A DNA stretch of 51,273 nucleotides from Folioceros fuciformis (Eukaryota). Positions within the stretch are counted from its first letter, which is position 1; each line of letters opens with the position of its first letter. The translations under genes and the position numbers were made by a program. Below the pieces are notes generated by a model. That model saw nothing but the letters and a program-made list of their open reading frames with translations, was not told where the DNA came from and did not search any database. This document shows positions 1-11,568 of the stretch, in pieces. The stretch spans positions 1-51,273 of the forward strand of contig JBNGIO010005847.1 in NCBI GenBank assembly GCA_049999805.1, given 5' to 3'.

Positions 1-315
1 TGGGCAAAGTTGTACAAAGTGCGGCAATGCTAACTCCCTCACTTCCTCTCGTGATGCAGGACATGGGCTTCAGCTTGTTCGATTAAGATTCAGGCCTGCT
101 GGTGGTTTAGTAGTAGTAATTTTTGCACATCTCTGTATCTGGTAGAACTATTCTATACGCCTTTTGTGGCGTGCGCGCGGCTGGTCCCTTGGACTAGGAT
201 GCTGGCTGGAGCTTACTGGATCTAAGGGACGACATTTTAAGTGTGATACTCAAACAGGGTTGTTCAGTTTTCCTTTCTCCAAACTGATCTTGAGGCCCAT
301 TGTTGACGGCTGGAA

Positions 316-954
316 TCATCTGAAAGAGAGCATCATATCGGTTGTCTGATTGCAAATATCAGCCTCCTGCGTCATAACCTCGAAAAGGTTGCAGCGTGCT
401 GTGACAAGCTCTCTTGCCTTGCGCACAAACTCCGCATTCAAGCTGTGCGCCGCCAAACCTCGTGCCACAACGTTTTCCAACTTGGAGAGCCATTCTTCCT
501 CTTCCTGGTTGGAGAGACGAACCGTTTCTGCACCTCTCGCAGTATCAGAAAGGGACCCATGAATCACAGTGCAACTCTCGTCATCTACTCATCAAACAGA
601 ACTGACCAGCAACAGGGAAGTACCTTCGTGGGCAGCAAGCTCAGGAGCAGGCAATCCGAGCGTTTGAAGCACGGGTGGGTAGAGACTCTTGACCAAACAG
701 GATTCCATCCGAGCTCTGGCTAGAGCAGGACCCTTCTCTCTGATCTCTGCAAGCTGAGTCTCCAGTTTCTTTATCTCCATCTCCAGCACCCTGTTCTCCT
801 CCTCCAACATCTGTAATTGCCCCACGTTGCCGGTGCCGGCCATTCTCTCTCCCAGCCCTGGCAGCAAATGGGTTGCATCGGACCGTCTTCTTTTGGGCGT
901 GAAGCTGAGGCGCGAGGAAGAAGGTGTTGTCTCTGCGGGCTCTGCACCCGCCAT
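316..954 (-). CDS. Two-exon uncharacterised coiled-coil protein (~180 aa); exons 954-624 and 527-316
   Basis: ATG at 954, donor GAAG|GTACTT at 624/623 and acceptor TGCAG| at 528/527 join ORFs 592..966 and 316..567 in frame; heptad-like segment LQMLEEENRVLEMEIKKLETQLAEIREKGP; stop at 316-318. Confidence 0.7.
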
Positions 955-1230
955 TAGCAAATCCAAGGTCCAAGTAGCAAGAAATAATCTGCCTATGTCA
1001 CACGCGTTGCAGCTTCAGCTACAACTACGCCTCGATTGATCCAGAACGAACGGGCAGAGCAGAGTCTCAACAGAAGTTCATTTTCCTACGCCGCAGGATG
1101 TGGTAGCCGAGCGCACTTTTCAAACAGTCCAGGGTTTTGAGTCGAGCCCTACTGCCTTTGGTTGGGATGCTGGCGAGATTGTCCGGCGGAAATCGAATGG
1201 TACATTCATGAATTTGTGCTGTCAGCAGCG
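955..1230. promoter_or_regulatory. Short divergent (putative bidirectional) promoter interval
   Basis: Only 276 bp between the ATG at 954 (-) and the predicted PTAC14 ATG at 1231 (+). Confidence 0.5.
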
Positions 1231-3985
1231 ATGATCTTCGAGGCTCTGGTTCCCTCTGTCTCCGTCTGCTCGGCGTCATCCTATCCTGCGCGGTCTTACA
1301 AATGCGGGAGAAAGCTGCACACGTTAGAAGGATGGAGCGGCCAAGGGTCCTGCCTATGCTGGAAGGGGAGCATGTTGCATAGGCTGGGGAGAGGAGCTGG
1401 ATATGGGGACAGGCCGTCCTTGTCTGCGAGGATTCGGATTCAGGTTCGCAGCTCCGTTGCTGGGTCGGTTGGAGGCTGCGTGGTTGCAAGCTCCTTGGCT
1501 ATTGCACCATCCGGTGGCACTAGTACAGGACTGCGCAGAAGCACAGAAACAAATGTAGGTTTTGACGTAATAGCTTCCTGCACCGCGGGTTCCGATTTTC
1601 CTCCTCCTGTTGTCTGACGATGGTTCTTATGTAACGTCTTACGATGGTTCTTATGTAACCTGCAGCTGGAGCTGGTGGAACCTGAATTTTACAGGATGGG
1701 ATATATCCGGCATGTTCGGGCCTATGGTGTGGAATTCCGAGAAGGTCCTGATGGGATGGGAGTGTACTCTGCCAAGGATGTCCCCGTCCTAGAAAGGCCC
1801 AGAGTAATCACATTGTTTGTTGTTTTACAAGCGAAAGGTCGACACTGAGCTACATTCTTGTGTACCTCCCATAAAGCCTCACCCTCGGCTTGGTGCCCTT
1901 GCAGATCATCATGGAAATCCCTCTGGAGCTAATGGTCACCATCAGGAAGGAACTCCCATGGATGTTCTTCCCAGATATCGTCCCTTGGGGACACCCCATG
2001 TTTGATATTATCAATGCAACAGACCCCGAGGTAGGCCCTTTCTTACACGGTGCTCGCCCATGCTGGACGTGCTCATCCATTCTGGACGTGCTCATGTTGG
2101 ATGTACGCAAAGGCCTTGTTTGCACTTGAGCTTGGTGACCATTCATGACCATATGCTTTCTTTCTTCGTCAGACAGATTGGGATATCCGACTGGCATGCC
2201 TTCTTTTGTTGGCATTGGATCAGAAAGACAACTTCTGGCAGCTTTATGGTGACTATCTTCCTGCGGCAGATGAGAATACCAGCATGATTCTGGCCTCCGA
2301 GGTCTGTGGGCCTCCACACTCCAATTACCCTAGCAGGAGATGGCAGAATCCCCCTTGCATTGTTCTAGAGGTTTTGAGGCACTGCTCACAGTGGTGTTTG
2401 TTTTAGGAGGAACTGCAAGAACTGCAAGACGAGGAGTTAGCCGAGCACATTAGGACGCAGCAAAGACGAGCTGAAGATGCTTGGAGGAGATTTTTTGTGA
2501 GTTTCCATGCTTCTTGTCAATCCGTGTTTTCCAAAATTTGGCGTTTGTGTCGGTGCGGACATCATCTCTCGTCACCACTGCCCTTCTGTACCGACGACTG
2601 TTTGTTCCATGATGGTGTAGCCTGAAGACGCGATTCTGAAGATCAAACGACTGGCTCCTGAACCTTCACGATTTCTATGGGCTATGGCAACCGTCATGTC
2701 CCGTTCGTTCACCATGACAATGACTATAGGAGCACTTGCTCAAGAGGCGAACATGCTGATTCCTTACGTCGGTATGTTACTCGGCTTCCTTGTGTGCTCT
2801 GACCTCCTTTCCATCCCTTCGCCAAACTAGCTTTCTCGTACGCTTTTCCCTGAAAGGTGTGCAATTGTGCTACCTTTGGGGTGGAAGACATGATGAATCA
2901 CTCTTTCGAGCCAACCTGCTCGTACCGGTGGCGAAGGAAGGATCGAATGCTGGAGGTGGTTCTCAATGCTGGTCAAACCATCCGAAAGGGTGATGAGGTA
3001 GGTGACACATTATCTGTCCCTTCAATCAAAGAGATCACCTTTGGCACGAGGAAGCGAGTGTGACCTTCGTTCCTTTGGCAGATGACTCTAAATTACTTGG
3101 AGGACAAGCCCAACATGGACTACATGCGACTCTATGGTTTCTCATCCGCAAAGGTGACGGCGCCGTCGGTTTGTCCTGTGTGCAGAGGGGCGCATCTCGG
3201 CAACGTGAATTTCAGGCATATACCCTAACACATACTTGTCGTTGTTCACTACCCAGAATCCTGCCGATGTCCTCGACTTCTCTGGTGACTGGAAGATCCA
3301 CCGGGACTCATTCCTCTCTGCTTTCAATATTTATGGATTGGCTGACGAGTACTATTACAGAGGTAACCAGCGCGCTGCTTTTGGCTTTTCTTCACGATAC
3401 CCCGACCAATCATCTATTAAAACAATGCAACTTGCAGAACAAGAAGGGCAACAACCTGATCCCTTTGTGGACGGAGCGGTAATCGCGGCCGCCAGAATAC
3501 TTCCGAGCTGGTCGGACGGAGACCTTCCATTCCTGCCGAGCCTGGAGCGGCAGGCCGTGAAGGGACTGTTGGAGGAATGTCAGAAGATGCTGAATGCTTT
3601 CCCAACCACTTTGGCAGAGGACGTGAGAATTTGTGGTGAGCGCCACACCACCGCGTGCGTCACGGAAGCTTCGTTTTCTTCTTCCCTTTTTTCCTTCTAC
3701 ATTAATGGATGACGGAACGTCAAGTCCTGATGCATGTTCCTGGCCTTTTCGCAGACAGGGAAGCCGAGGGGAAGAGTGTGAGATGGAAGGCCGCCATACG
3801 GTACGTGCTACAGTAACGAGATCCGGACCCCAGCTCTCCATCTTTCTGACGAGAACCTATCGTGAACTTGACTGTGGGCATGGGGCATTGGTGTGACAAA
3901 CGGCAGGCACCGGATGGACCGAAAGAGCTTCATACTGAAAGTGATGCAAGCACTGACCATCTACGTGAACAGAATCCTATATTGA
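1231..3985 (+). CDS. PTAC14: Plastid transcriptionally active 14 (PAP7), SET/Rubisco-LSMT-like PEP-associated protein; 12 exons: 1231-1554, 1666-1803, 1905-2030, 2173-2301, 2407-2496, 2621-2771, 2888-2997, 3082-3153, 3257-3362, 3438-3635, 3755-3800, 3907-3985
   Basis: Spliced translation gives EPEFYRMGYIRHVRAYGVEFREGPDG, IMEIPLELM..PWMFFPDIVP.GHP, DWDIRLACLLL, NMLIPYVDMMNHSFEP, WRRKDRMLEV, FVDGAVIAAARILPSWSDGD and HRMDRKSFILKVMQALTIYVNRILY*, matching remembered Arabidopsis pTAC14; all introns GT-AG and in phase; Ser/Arg-rich transit-peptide-like exon 1 (start codon less certain). Confidence 0.95.
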
Positions 3986-5382
3986 CGGCAATCCCTCAGT
4001 CTGCAAATAGGTCGGTGGGTGGGTGAGTGGCTGGTCTCACGCCGTCATGGATGTGAGGCGCCAGGTCCACGCCCAAAACAGAACTCCGCCAGTTAGAATC
4101 ATTGCCTTCCAATGCCACGCTTACGGAATGCCTTGCTTCCACATCAGGAAGAGCCACTGCAATACGGATCCTGGCCGATGCTGCAATGTGGATATGGAGG
4201 GCCCAAGACAGTACAGCTGTCCTTGGTAGAAATTTTTGTTACTTTTGTCATGGCAAGATCTCCAAAGTTGGGCACCATCTCCTGTCCTGTTCACGAGTGC
4301 GCTTCCCCTTGTCCGGTTTCCACAGGCAAGGTTTCTTTTCTGATCACTTCCGATGCCGGTGTGTAGACACTGGATCGTCCGTATTTTGTCTGACTTTCTT
4401 TCCTGGTTTGTGCGACTTCTGGTGGCCCGACTAAGAATCGCATCGCATCTCGTGCGGTGGTGGAGGTGGAGTTCTTTTCACCTTATTTGTTCGTGCGTGC
4501 TGTACATTACTGCCATCTTTGTCGATCCTTGCACCCATAGGGTGCGAGGCAAGGTATTTTGTTTTCGTGAATAAAGAAGTTTGTATTCTGACAAGGCATT
4601 GCAATGGATTCCTTTGAAAACAAGGCTCACTGTCCAAGGACGGCTTCCGCTTCCGACATCCTTCCTGTTGAGAATGGCTCTCCGAGGACGAGAAGGGGAG
4701 GGCATGAGAGGGTCGAGACCTACGCACAAAAGGATTAGAGCTCGAAGAGGGACGACAGAAATGTCCCTCTGCGGACACTTGCGGGTCAGGGAAACGGCCC
4801 TGCTGTTTCTCCTCGTGGGACGATTCCACAGCTTGTCGGGTAGTGGGTAGCGCTTCTGGAAGACCTCAAATCCTGAACTACCCAATCCCTTGCCACGACC
4901 GCGACCCCTCCAGCAGAGGAAGCCCGCACGCAGCTTCGAAGCCGAGCTGACGCCGCAGCCGCAACCGTGTCCGCGTAGTCACTGCTTCCTGACCCCAGAC
5001 TCGGTCAAGACGGACTGGAGTCCACACGACCAGAAGCCGTATGATAATTGGATACTATACGTATATCTGTTTACCGGTCGTCGGATAAGGTGCTGCGCAG
5101 TACAAACACCAGTGCCAAGTAATCTACGGGGATGAATTGTAAAAGTGCTGAATACCCGGACTCGTCTCCAGCCAGAAGCGTTCAAGGAGCAGGTGAGCTT
5201 TGCCTGGGATCGGTGACAGAGTGGGTCCTACGGCAGGTAGTGGGATCAGAGCTCGAGACGCTGCCTGATATATGCGCTCGGAGGCAGGAGATTCATGTCG
5301 TTGCCGATGATTGAAACGCAGCATCACGAGGCGATAGACAGGGGCTGAATCAGGGCGGGAGTCGGAGGTACCGGAGGCAAGG

Positions 5383-7608
5383 ATGGCAGACAGCCCGCTG
5401 GAGGAGTCGCTGCTGGCCGGCGAGGGGGACAGGGCCGGGGGCGTGCAGGATGGCTCTGTGGATATGCAAGGAAGGCCTGTTAGGAAGGCGCATACTGGAG
5501 GGTGGAAAGCCTGCGGCTTCATCTTCGGTGGGAGGGACTTGGCTGTGTCGGTTCTGTCCAGCTTGAAGTGTGGAAGGGAAGGGATGGGAAGGGTTGATCA
5601 TCCTTGAATGACTTGTGTGTGATGGTGCAGGGAACGAGGTGGTGGAGCGCATTGTGTATAATGGGGTGGCCTCCAATCTCGTGTCGTACATGACTGGGAC
5701 GCTGCGGCAGGACATGGTGACTTCGGCCAAGAGCATCAATGAATGGAGTGGGACCATCTGCATCACGCCTTTCATCGGCGCCTTCTTGGCCGACTCCTTC
5801 TGCGGGCTGTACTGGACCATAGCCGTCACCTCCGCCTTCTACTTGGTGGTGAGGATGGAAAGAGGGAAGGAAGCGTATTCATTATGATGGCATGTATGTG
5901 ACGGTCGGGGGAAGATGTTAGATGGGGAAATGGTTGAATGACTTCTTAGTTGCGACGCTGCCGTGATGGATGCAGGGACTGGTGATGCTCACGCTCTCCG
6001 CCACGATCCCCGGATTGAAGCCGGACCAGTGCCTCGAGATGAACGGGAGCAGGTGCGCGCAGGCCACGCCTACCCAGCTCCGCTTCTTCTACGCCTCGCT
6101 CTACATCCTGTGCGTGGGGTCCGGGGGGATTAAGCCCTGCGCGTCCGCCTTCGGGGCTAACCAATTCGACGCTCTGTGCCCCGTGGAGAAGGTGAAGAAG
6201 AGCTCCTTCTTCAACTGGTGGTTTGTCGGCATCAAGCTGGGCGTGCTCTTCTCTGTCACCGTGGTGGTGTACATCCAGGACAATGTCGGCTGGGGTTGGG
6301 GTTTCGGCATCCCCATGGTGGCCATGGCTGTGGCCACAGTCTTGTTCTTCGCAGGCACGCCCTTCTACCGGCATCAGCTCCCTAGCGGCAGCCCGCTTAC
6401 CAGATACTGCCAGGTGATCGTGGCCGCAGCCCGGAACTGGAGGCTGGAGGTTCCTCCTGACCCTAATCTGCTCCACCTAGAGTCCGTGGAGAACGATCCC
6501 TTCTACAAGCCACTTCCACACACCAACAGATTCGTGTAAGCATCGCCACCTGTGCTAGTTTCCTCCCTCCTTTGCGTGCAGTCCAACATCAATTCTTGCA
6601 ATTTGTTGCTTGTTAAAATCCGGCATCGTGGGAGTTTCAGCTCCTGCCTCCTCCTTCGTCTGGTGCATTACAAAAATTTAGCCCCCGCTGGGGTGTGGAT
6701 TACGGATTGCTTACGATGCAGATGTGGTCCCTGATATATGTACGTAGTTGTTCACGATTTATGCCCGGGTGCGCAGATGGTTGGACAAGGCGGCCACGTT
6801 CAAACCTGGATCCCAGAACAAGCCGACCAAATGGAACCTGTGCACAGTGACGCAAGTGGAGGAGGTGAAGATCTTTGCGGGCATCTTCCCGGTCTGGGTG
6901 CACACGCTCTTCTTCAACGTGGTGGTGTCACAGGTGCAAACCTTCTTCGTGCTCCAGGGCCGGACTCTGGACGGACAGATCACTCCGTGGTTCGAGATCC
7001 CTCCAGCATCTCTGCAGATCTTCGTCATCGTCCCGGTGCTGGTGGGGCTTCCTCTCTACGACAGGCTGCTGGTGCCGTTCCTGCGCCGCTTCACCGGGAA
7101 CGAGCGGGGCATCACCATGCTTCAGCGGATCGGGACGGGGATGGTGATCGTGGTCTTGGTGAGCGTGGCTGCAGCTGTGACGGAGAGGAGGCGGCTTCGG
7201 GTGGCAGCGGAGTATGGGGCGTTGGACTTGCCCGACACCACGCTTCCCATGAGCATCTTCTGGCTCATCCCGCAGTACCTGGCCATGGGAGTGAACGACA
7301 TCTTCACGGGAGCCGGGCTGATGGAGTTCTACTACGACCAGGTTCCCGACAACGTGAAGAGCATCGGGTCTGCCATATCTGTGAGCGCCATAGGCATCGG
7401 CGCCTACGTGAGCGCTGCCCTCATAGCCACTGTCTCCCTGGTCACAGGCAAGGACGGGAAGAGCCCCTGGCTCATCGAGAACATCAACAGGTCTCGCCTG
7501 GATAAGTTCTACTGGCTCCTCGCAGCCATCAGCACCATCAACATGCTGCTCTTCGTCGTGACCTCCCGAAGCTACATATACAAGAAACCCCAAAACCGAG
7601 CCCGTTGA
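5383..7608 (+). CDS. NPF: NRT1/PTR family (NPF) proton-coupled transporter; exons 5383-5527, 5631-5848, 5976-6535, 6777-7608
   Basis: TGGWKAC, GNEVVER (ExxER), GAFLADSF.G, GSGGIKPC.SAFGANQFD, SSFFNWW, YIQDNVGWGWGF, GSPLTR, LDKAA, LQRIG.G, IFWLIPQY, EFYYDQVPD, LDKFYWLLA; in-phase GT-AG introns. Confidence 0.96.
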
Positions 7609-8109
7609 TCCCCCAACCTATCGCAACGGAACGGGATTCTTCGCCCTCCGTTCGCTGCCATTGTATCCCTCTCCGTCCTGTGTAAACCTGCCATGCTAGG
7701 AATCTCTACGCGTGTGACTCGCTTTAGAAACAGCAATCCCAGTACCCTGCCTGCGAGAAGAACGGCGGCGAGTGGTATCCGTGATGGAAGGTGAAGAAGC
7801 TTGCAGAGATGCTTTGTAAAGAGTATATGTACATGTATACGATGTACAGTGCGCGGAACTCATTTTCCTGTTTGTGGTCGGGATACGGAGGGGGTGTTTC
7901 TGGTACAAATCGACTTTTGTGGGTCAAGGCAGACTACGGTAGTGACGACCGTGAAATTCACAATGCTGTGGCAGACGGTGCTGGATCAGACGGGAGTGTG
8001 GGAGCCGGCATACGTGGATACAATGGATGGAGCTCTGTGCTATCTATCTGCTCCACAGGTTTTGCGTGAGAGAGCAGAACTTCGGGAGAAATTGTGAGAA
8101 CAAATTCCA

Positions 8110-8707
8110 GCTTCTCACAGCCTGGTTCAGCACTTTTGGCTAGCGGGTGGTGGTGGCTCTGGCGCTCAAGGGAGTTCGCTACGAGAGAGTGGAGGAGGCT
8201 TTACGAGCAGACAAGCCAATTTGAAAGCTGCTGAATGAAGCAAACCCCGTCCACAAAACTATCCCGCGGTTGTCCTCTACGATGGCAGACCAGTTCTGCA
8301 GTCCATGATCATCCTGGAGGTCCTGGAGGAAGTGTGGTCCCAGCCTCCTCTCTTCCCTACTGACCCATACATCCGAGCTACCGCTCCATTTTGGGGAGAC
8401 TGCATTCACCAGATTGTAAGCACTGAGATTCGTTGTTCGTGGAATACTGCTCTTATGTGGATTCTCGTGGCATCGTGTTCTGCGCGTCCCGCATGATGAA
8501 TCTTTGTCTTGGTGCAATTGCAGACAGTGGCATCTGCTTTCAAGCGTTGCTTCTCCGGCAACAGCAAGAAGGAAAGTGAGGAGGTGAAGTTGGAATCTCT
8601 AGAAAAGTTTGCCATTTTAAGCAATGCGTACGCCGGATTTCTCACCCGGAGGCTTCTTTTGGGCAGTAGCGTCGGATCTGTAAACATCATGTTTGTCGCT
8701 TCAGCGT
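8110..8707 (+). pseudogene. GSTU: Tau-class glutathione S-transferase pseudogene, truncated by an LTR
   Basis: AWFSTFG*RVVVALALKGVRYE, NPVHKTIP, DGRPVLQSMIILEVLEEVW..PLFPTDPYIRA.A.FWGD, intron at the typical position (~8416-8523), second exon ending ..GSSVGSVNIMF; stops and frameshifts. Confidence 0.85.
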
Positions 8708-9000
8708 ATAATACTTCTATACCTGATAGGAATAGTAGATTCTTTTATAGTTTGTGATATTAGTGGTTAATAGGGCTTATGGTAAGTCTAAGGGTTTGTG
8801 GACTAGACTGTAGTACTATAATAATATAGTGATCTTTCCTAGGGTATATAAAGGGCCTCCTCTAAAGTTGGAGGAAGTCTTGGTGTGAGTCCCTTGTTGA
8901 GCCTCTTGTGAGTCTCTGTTGTTGTCACCGTGTTCTTGCTCTTATGTTATAAAGCCGTTTTTATGTTTATGTGATCCTGGTATAATCCTTTATGGTATCA
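8708..9000 (+). mobile_element. Degenerate 5' LTR plus primer-binding site of a Copia element
   Basis: AT-rich LTR-like segment with TATATAAA (~8845) followed by TGGTATCA (tRNA-iMet PBS) at 8993-9000. Confidence 0.7.
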
Positions 9001-9085
9001 AACCATCAGGTTTCTAAGACACGTCTAATCAACGTATCTTACGTTTCAGGGCTTACGATATCTTGTATTTGAGACACGTTTAATC

Positions 9086-9782
9086 AACATCCTCAACTTG
9101 TGAATAGTCCTTGACAACCAACCGGGCTTTGTAATGTTCTTTAGTCCCATGAGCATTGTATTTGATTTTGAGAACCCATTTGCAACCAATTGGTTTTCGA
9201 CCTGATGGAAGAGAAACAGTATCCCACATATTATTCTCCAATAAAGAATCCTATTCATCTTGTAAAGCTTTCTCCCAAAGGGGCGAATCAGAAGAAGCTT
9301 ATTGTGGCTTGGGTAAAGCTTTATGCTGATTTGGATTATGTCTCTAGGAATTCCAATGTCCATGTTTCAGGTGCTCCTTTATCAACAGCTTCACCTCCAT
9401 GTGACAATCAGCTTCTCCCTCAAGTTTCTGGTCCTCAAGTACACACACCTCGTCATTCTGAACGTTTACGTACTCCTTATCGACGACAACTAGAATCTTT
9501 GGAGACATAAGATTTTATTGCATTTCTCTCTGTTCCTTTATCGAGCCACAATCTTTGGCTAAGGCTCAAGCTTCTTCTAATTGGCCGCTTTGGGAGAAAG
9601 CTATACTAGATGAATAGGATTCTTTATTGGAGAATAATATGTGAGATATTGTTTCTCTTCCATCAGGTTGAAAACCAGTTGGTTGCAAATGGGTTCTCAA
9701 AATCAAATACAATGTTGATGGGACTATAGAACGTTACAAAGCCCGGTTGGTTGCCAAGGGCTATTCACAAGTTGAGGATGTT
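9086..9782. repeat. Inverted repeat built from the Copia RT N-terminus; arms 9086-9309 (-) and 9544-9782 (+), ~235-bp spacer
   Basis: Right arm encodes [36 protein letters not shown]...[14 protein letters not shown]; left arm is its reverse complement with scattered mismatches. Confidence 0.9.
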
Positions 9783-9804
9783 AACATGCACCTGGAGATG
9801 ACAT

Positions 9805-10440
9805 TTGAGACGACTACCTGTAGCACAAGGATGTGTTGAACATGAAATGGGAGGTGGAAGCAAAGCATGTGAGTGGAAACTCCATGCAAATGATGCAAAG
9901 TCGACCAAGATGTGGTTGAAAGCAAATGCTAACCTTATCTTCCATAGGTCAGAACTGGGTCAACCATTTGTTTTAGGATTGCAAACTCCTTTCATGCGAC
10001 AAATGTTGGTTAAGTATGGGATGAATAGTGCTTTAGCCATGGATGCCACGTTTGGTATGAATAGGTATCAATACCACTTGTTCACTATGATGGTTTTTGA
10101 TCAACACCTAAATGGTATTCCAATTGCTTGGGCACTAACACAAGAGGATTCTATTATTTCTTTAGTATCATGGTTGAAGCCGCTGCAACAAGTAGCTCTC
10201 AACACATGTGCAACATGGGTTCCTAGTTGTTTTTTAGTTGATAATTGTTTAGCAAAGATAATGCATTCAAACATGTATGGGGGCACATATACATGTTGTG
10301 TTGTGCTTGTGGCATGTTAGAAAGGCATAGCAACAAAATCTTTTGAGGAAGGTGAAATGTAATCTTGCAAGGAAGAAAATTTGGGCTGCTCTTACAAAGA
10401 TTATGTACGTGAAAGGCCACAACACATATGAGAATACTGT
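9805..10440 (+). mobile_element. Mutator-like (MULE) transposase fragment, degenerate
   Basis: PFVLGLQT..Q.LVKYG.NS.LAMDATFG.N.Y.Y.LFT.MVFDQH.NGIPIAW, FLVD and frameshifted LCLWHVRKA* motifs. Confidence 0.8.
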
Positions 10441-10769
10441 TGCATGGGGTAGGGGTAGTGTATTATTAGAGTTCTTCTATAACAAGTGGCATGGACGGAC
10501 GCCAATTGGCATTTGTTGAGTACTTTAAGAAATAATTTTGCTCCCATGTTGCAATGTTGTTTTCGTAATTTAAGGGTTGTATTCTTGGACCTACGGTTAG
10601 CTGAGGAGTATAATAGTGATTTTTTCTTTTATTTTTTTTAGTAGAAATGTAGTTAAAAAGTTGCAAGTTGTATCCTCACGCTGGACAAGATCCTCAATCC
10701 AAGCCATAGCACCCTATGAAACCACGATGTGAGCACCCCCCAAACCATGGTGTGAGCATGCATTGCTGA

Positions 10770-11165
10770 TTCTGAAATTCAAGTCCTAAATCCAAACCAC
10801 TATTTGAGTGTGTGCTTCCCGCAGTAACCCCAAAGTACCATGTATAGGCATGCTTCCCATAGTAGCCCTCCCAAACAACCTTGTGAGTGTGTGTGCTCAT
10901 TCACACTCTTCTGGTCCTAAATTCGAGGTCCTAAATCCAAACCACTATGTGAGTGTGTGCTTCCCGCAACACCCCTAAAGCATCATGCCGTGTGGCCGGG
11001 CACACTACTCACAGTAGTCCTCCCAAACAACCTTGTGAGTGTGCACTCATGCACACTGTGCTGATCCTAAATTCTAGGTTCTAAATCCAAACCACTACGT
11101 GAACGTATGCTTCCCTTGTAAGGGCGTGCTGCCCAGAGCAGTCCTCCCCAACCAACATGTGAGTG
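10770..11165. repeat. Degenerate tandem repeat, ~145-150-bp unit, ~3 copies
   Basis: CTAAATCCAAACCACTA..GCTTCCC..CTCCC recurs near 10787, 10931 and 11081. Confidence 0.75.
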
Positions 11166-11177
11166 CGCGGTATGCTA

Positions 11178-11360
11178 ATCGTCAAATCCAGGAGGATACA
11201 AATGGTCAAATACAGGAGGATGCAAATGGTCAAATACAGGAGGATNNNNNNNNNNGTCAAATACAGGAGGATGCAAATGGTCAAATACAGGAGGATGCAA
11301 ATCGTCAAATACAGGAGGATGCAAATGGTCAAATCCAGGAGGAAGCAAATCGTCAAATCT
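11178..11360. repeat. 24-bp minisatellite (GTCAAATACAGGAGGATGCAAATG) containing an assembly gap
   Basis: Direct periodicity; 8-aa repeat in all ORF frames. Confidence 0.95.
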
Positions 11361-11451
11361 AGATAAAGCATCCTCGTGGTTGTTGGAGGCGCTTGCCGGG
11401 GTGTGTGTAAAACACGTTTTGGTGTTCAAACGCTGGTCGGGTTGTGAGCCC

Positions 11452-11568
11452 CGCGTTTTGGTGTTTAAATTGAAGTGGAAGACGAGGTGGCATTTGAGAA
11501 ATATGGACCGCGTTTTGGTGTTTAAATTGAAGTGGAAGACGGGGTGGCATTTGAGAAATATGGACCAT
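11452..11568. repeat. 57-bp tandem duplication
   Basis: CGCGTTTTGGTGTTTAAATTGAAGTGGAAGACG..GAAATATGGAC twice. Confidence 0.9.

Noticed and set aside
4023..5314. Cluster of short ORFs and possible minus-strand splice sites between PTAC14 and NPF
   Set aside because: No recognisable protein and no consistent gene model
5946..7593. Long antisense and alternative-frame ORFs over the NPF gene (likewise over the OMTs)
   Set aside because: Shadow ORFs caused by GC-rich codon usage
11178..11360. CRISPR-like or repeat-protein reading of the 24-bp array (also 45977-46135 and 38410-38600)
   Set aside because: Units are contiguous with no unique spacers, there are no cas genes, and the context is eukaryotic; the periodic ORFs are artefacts
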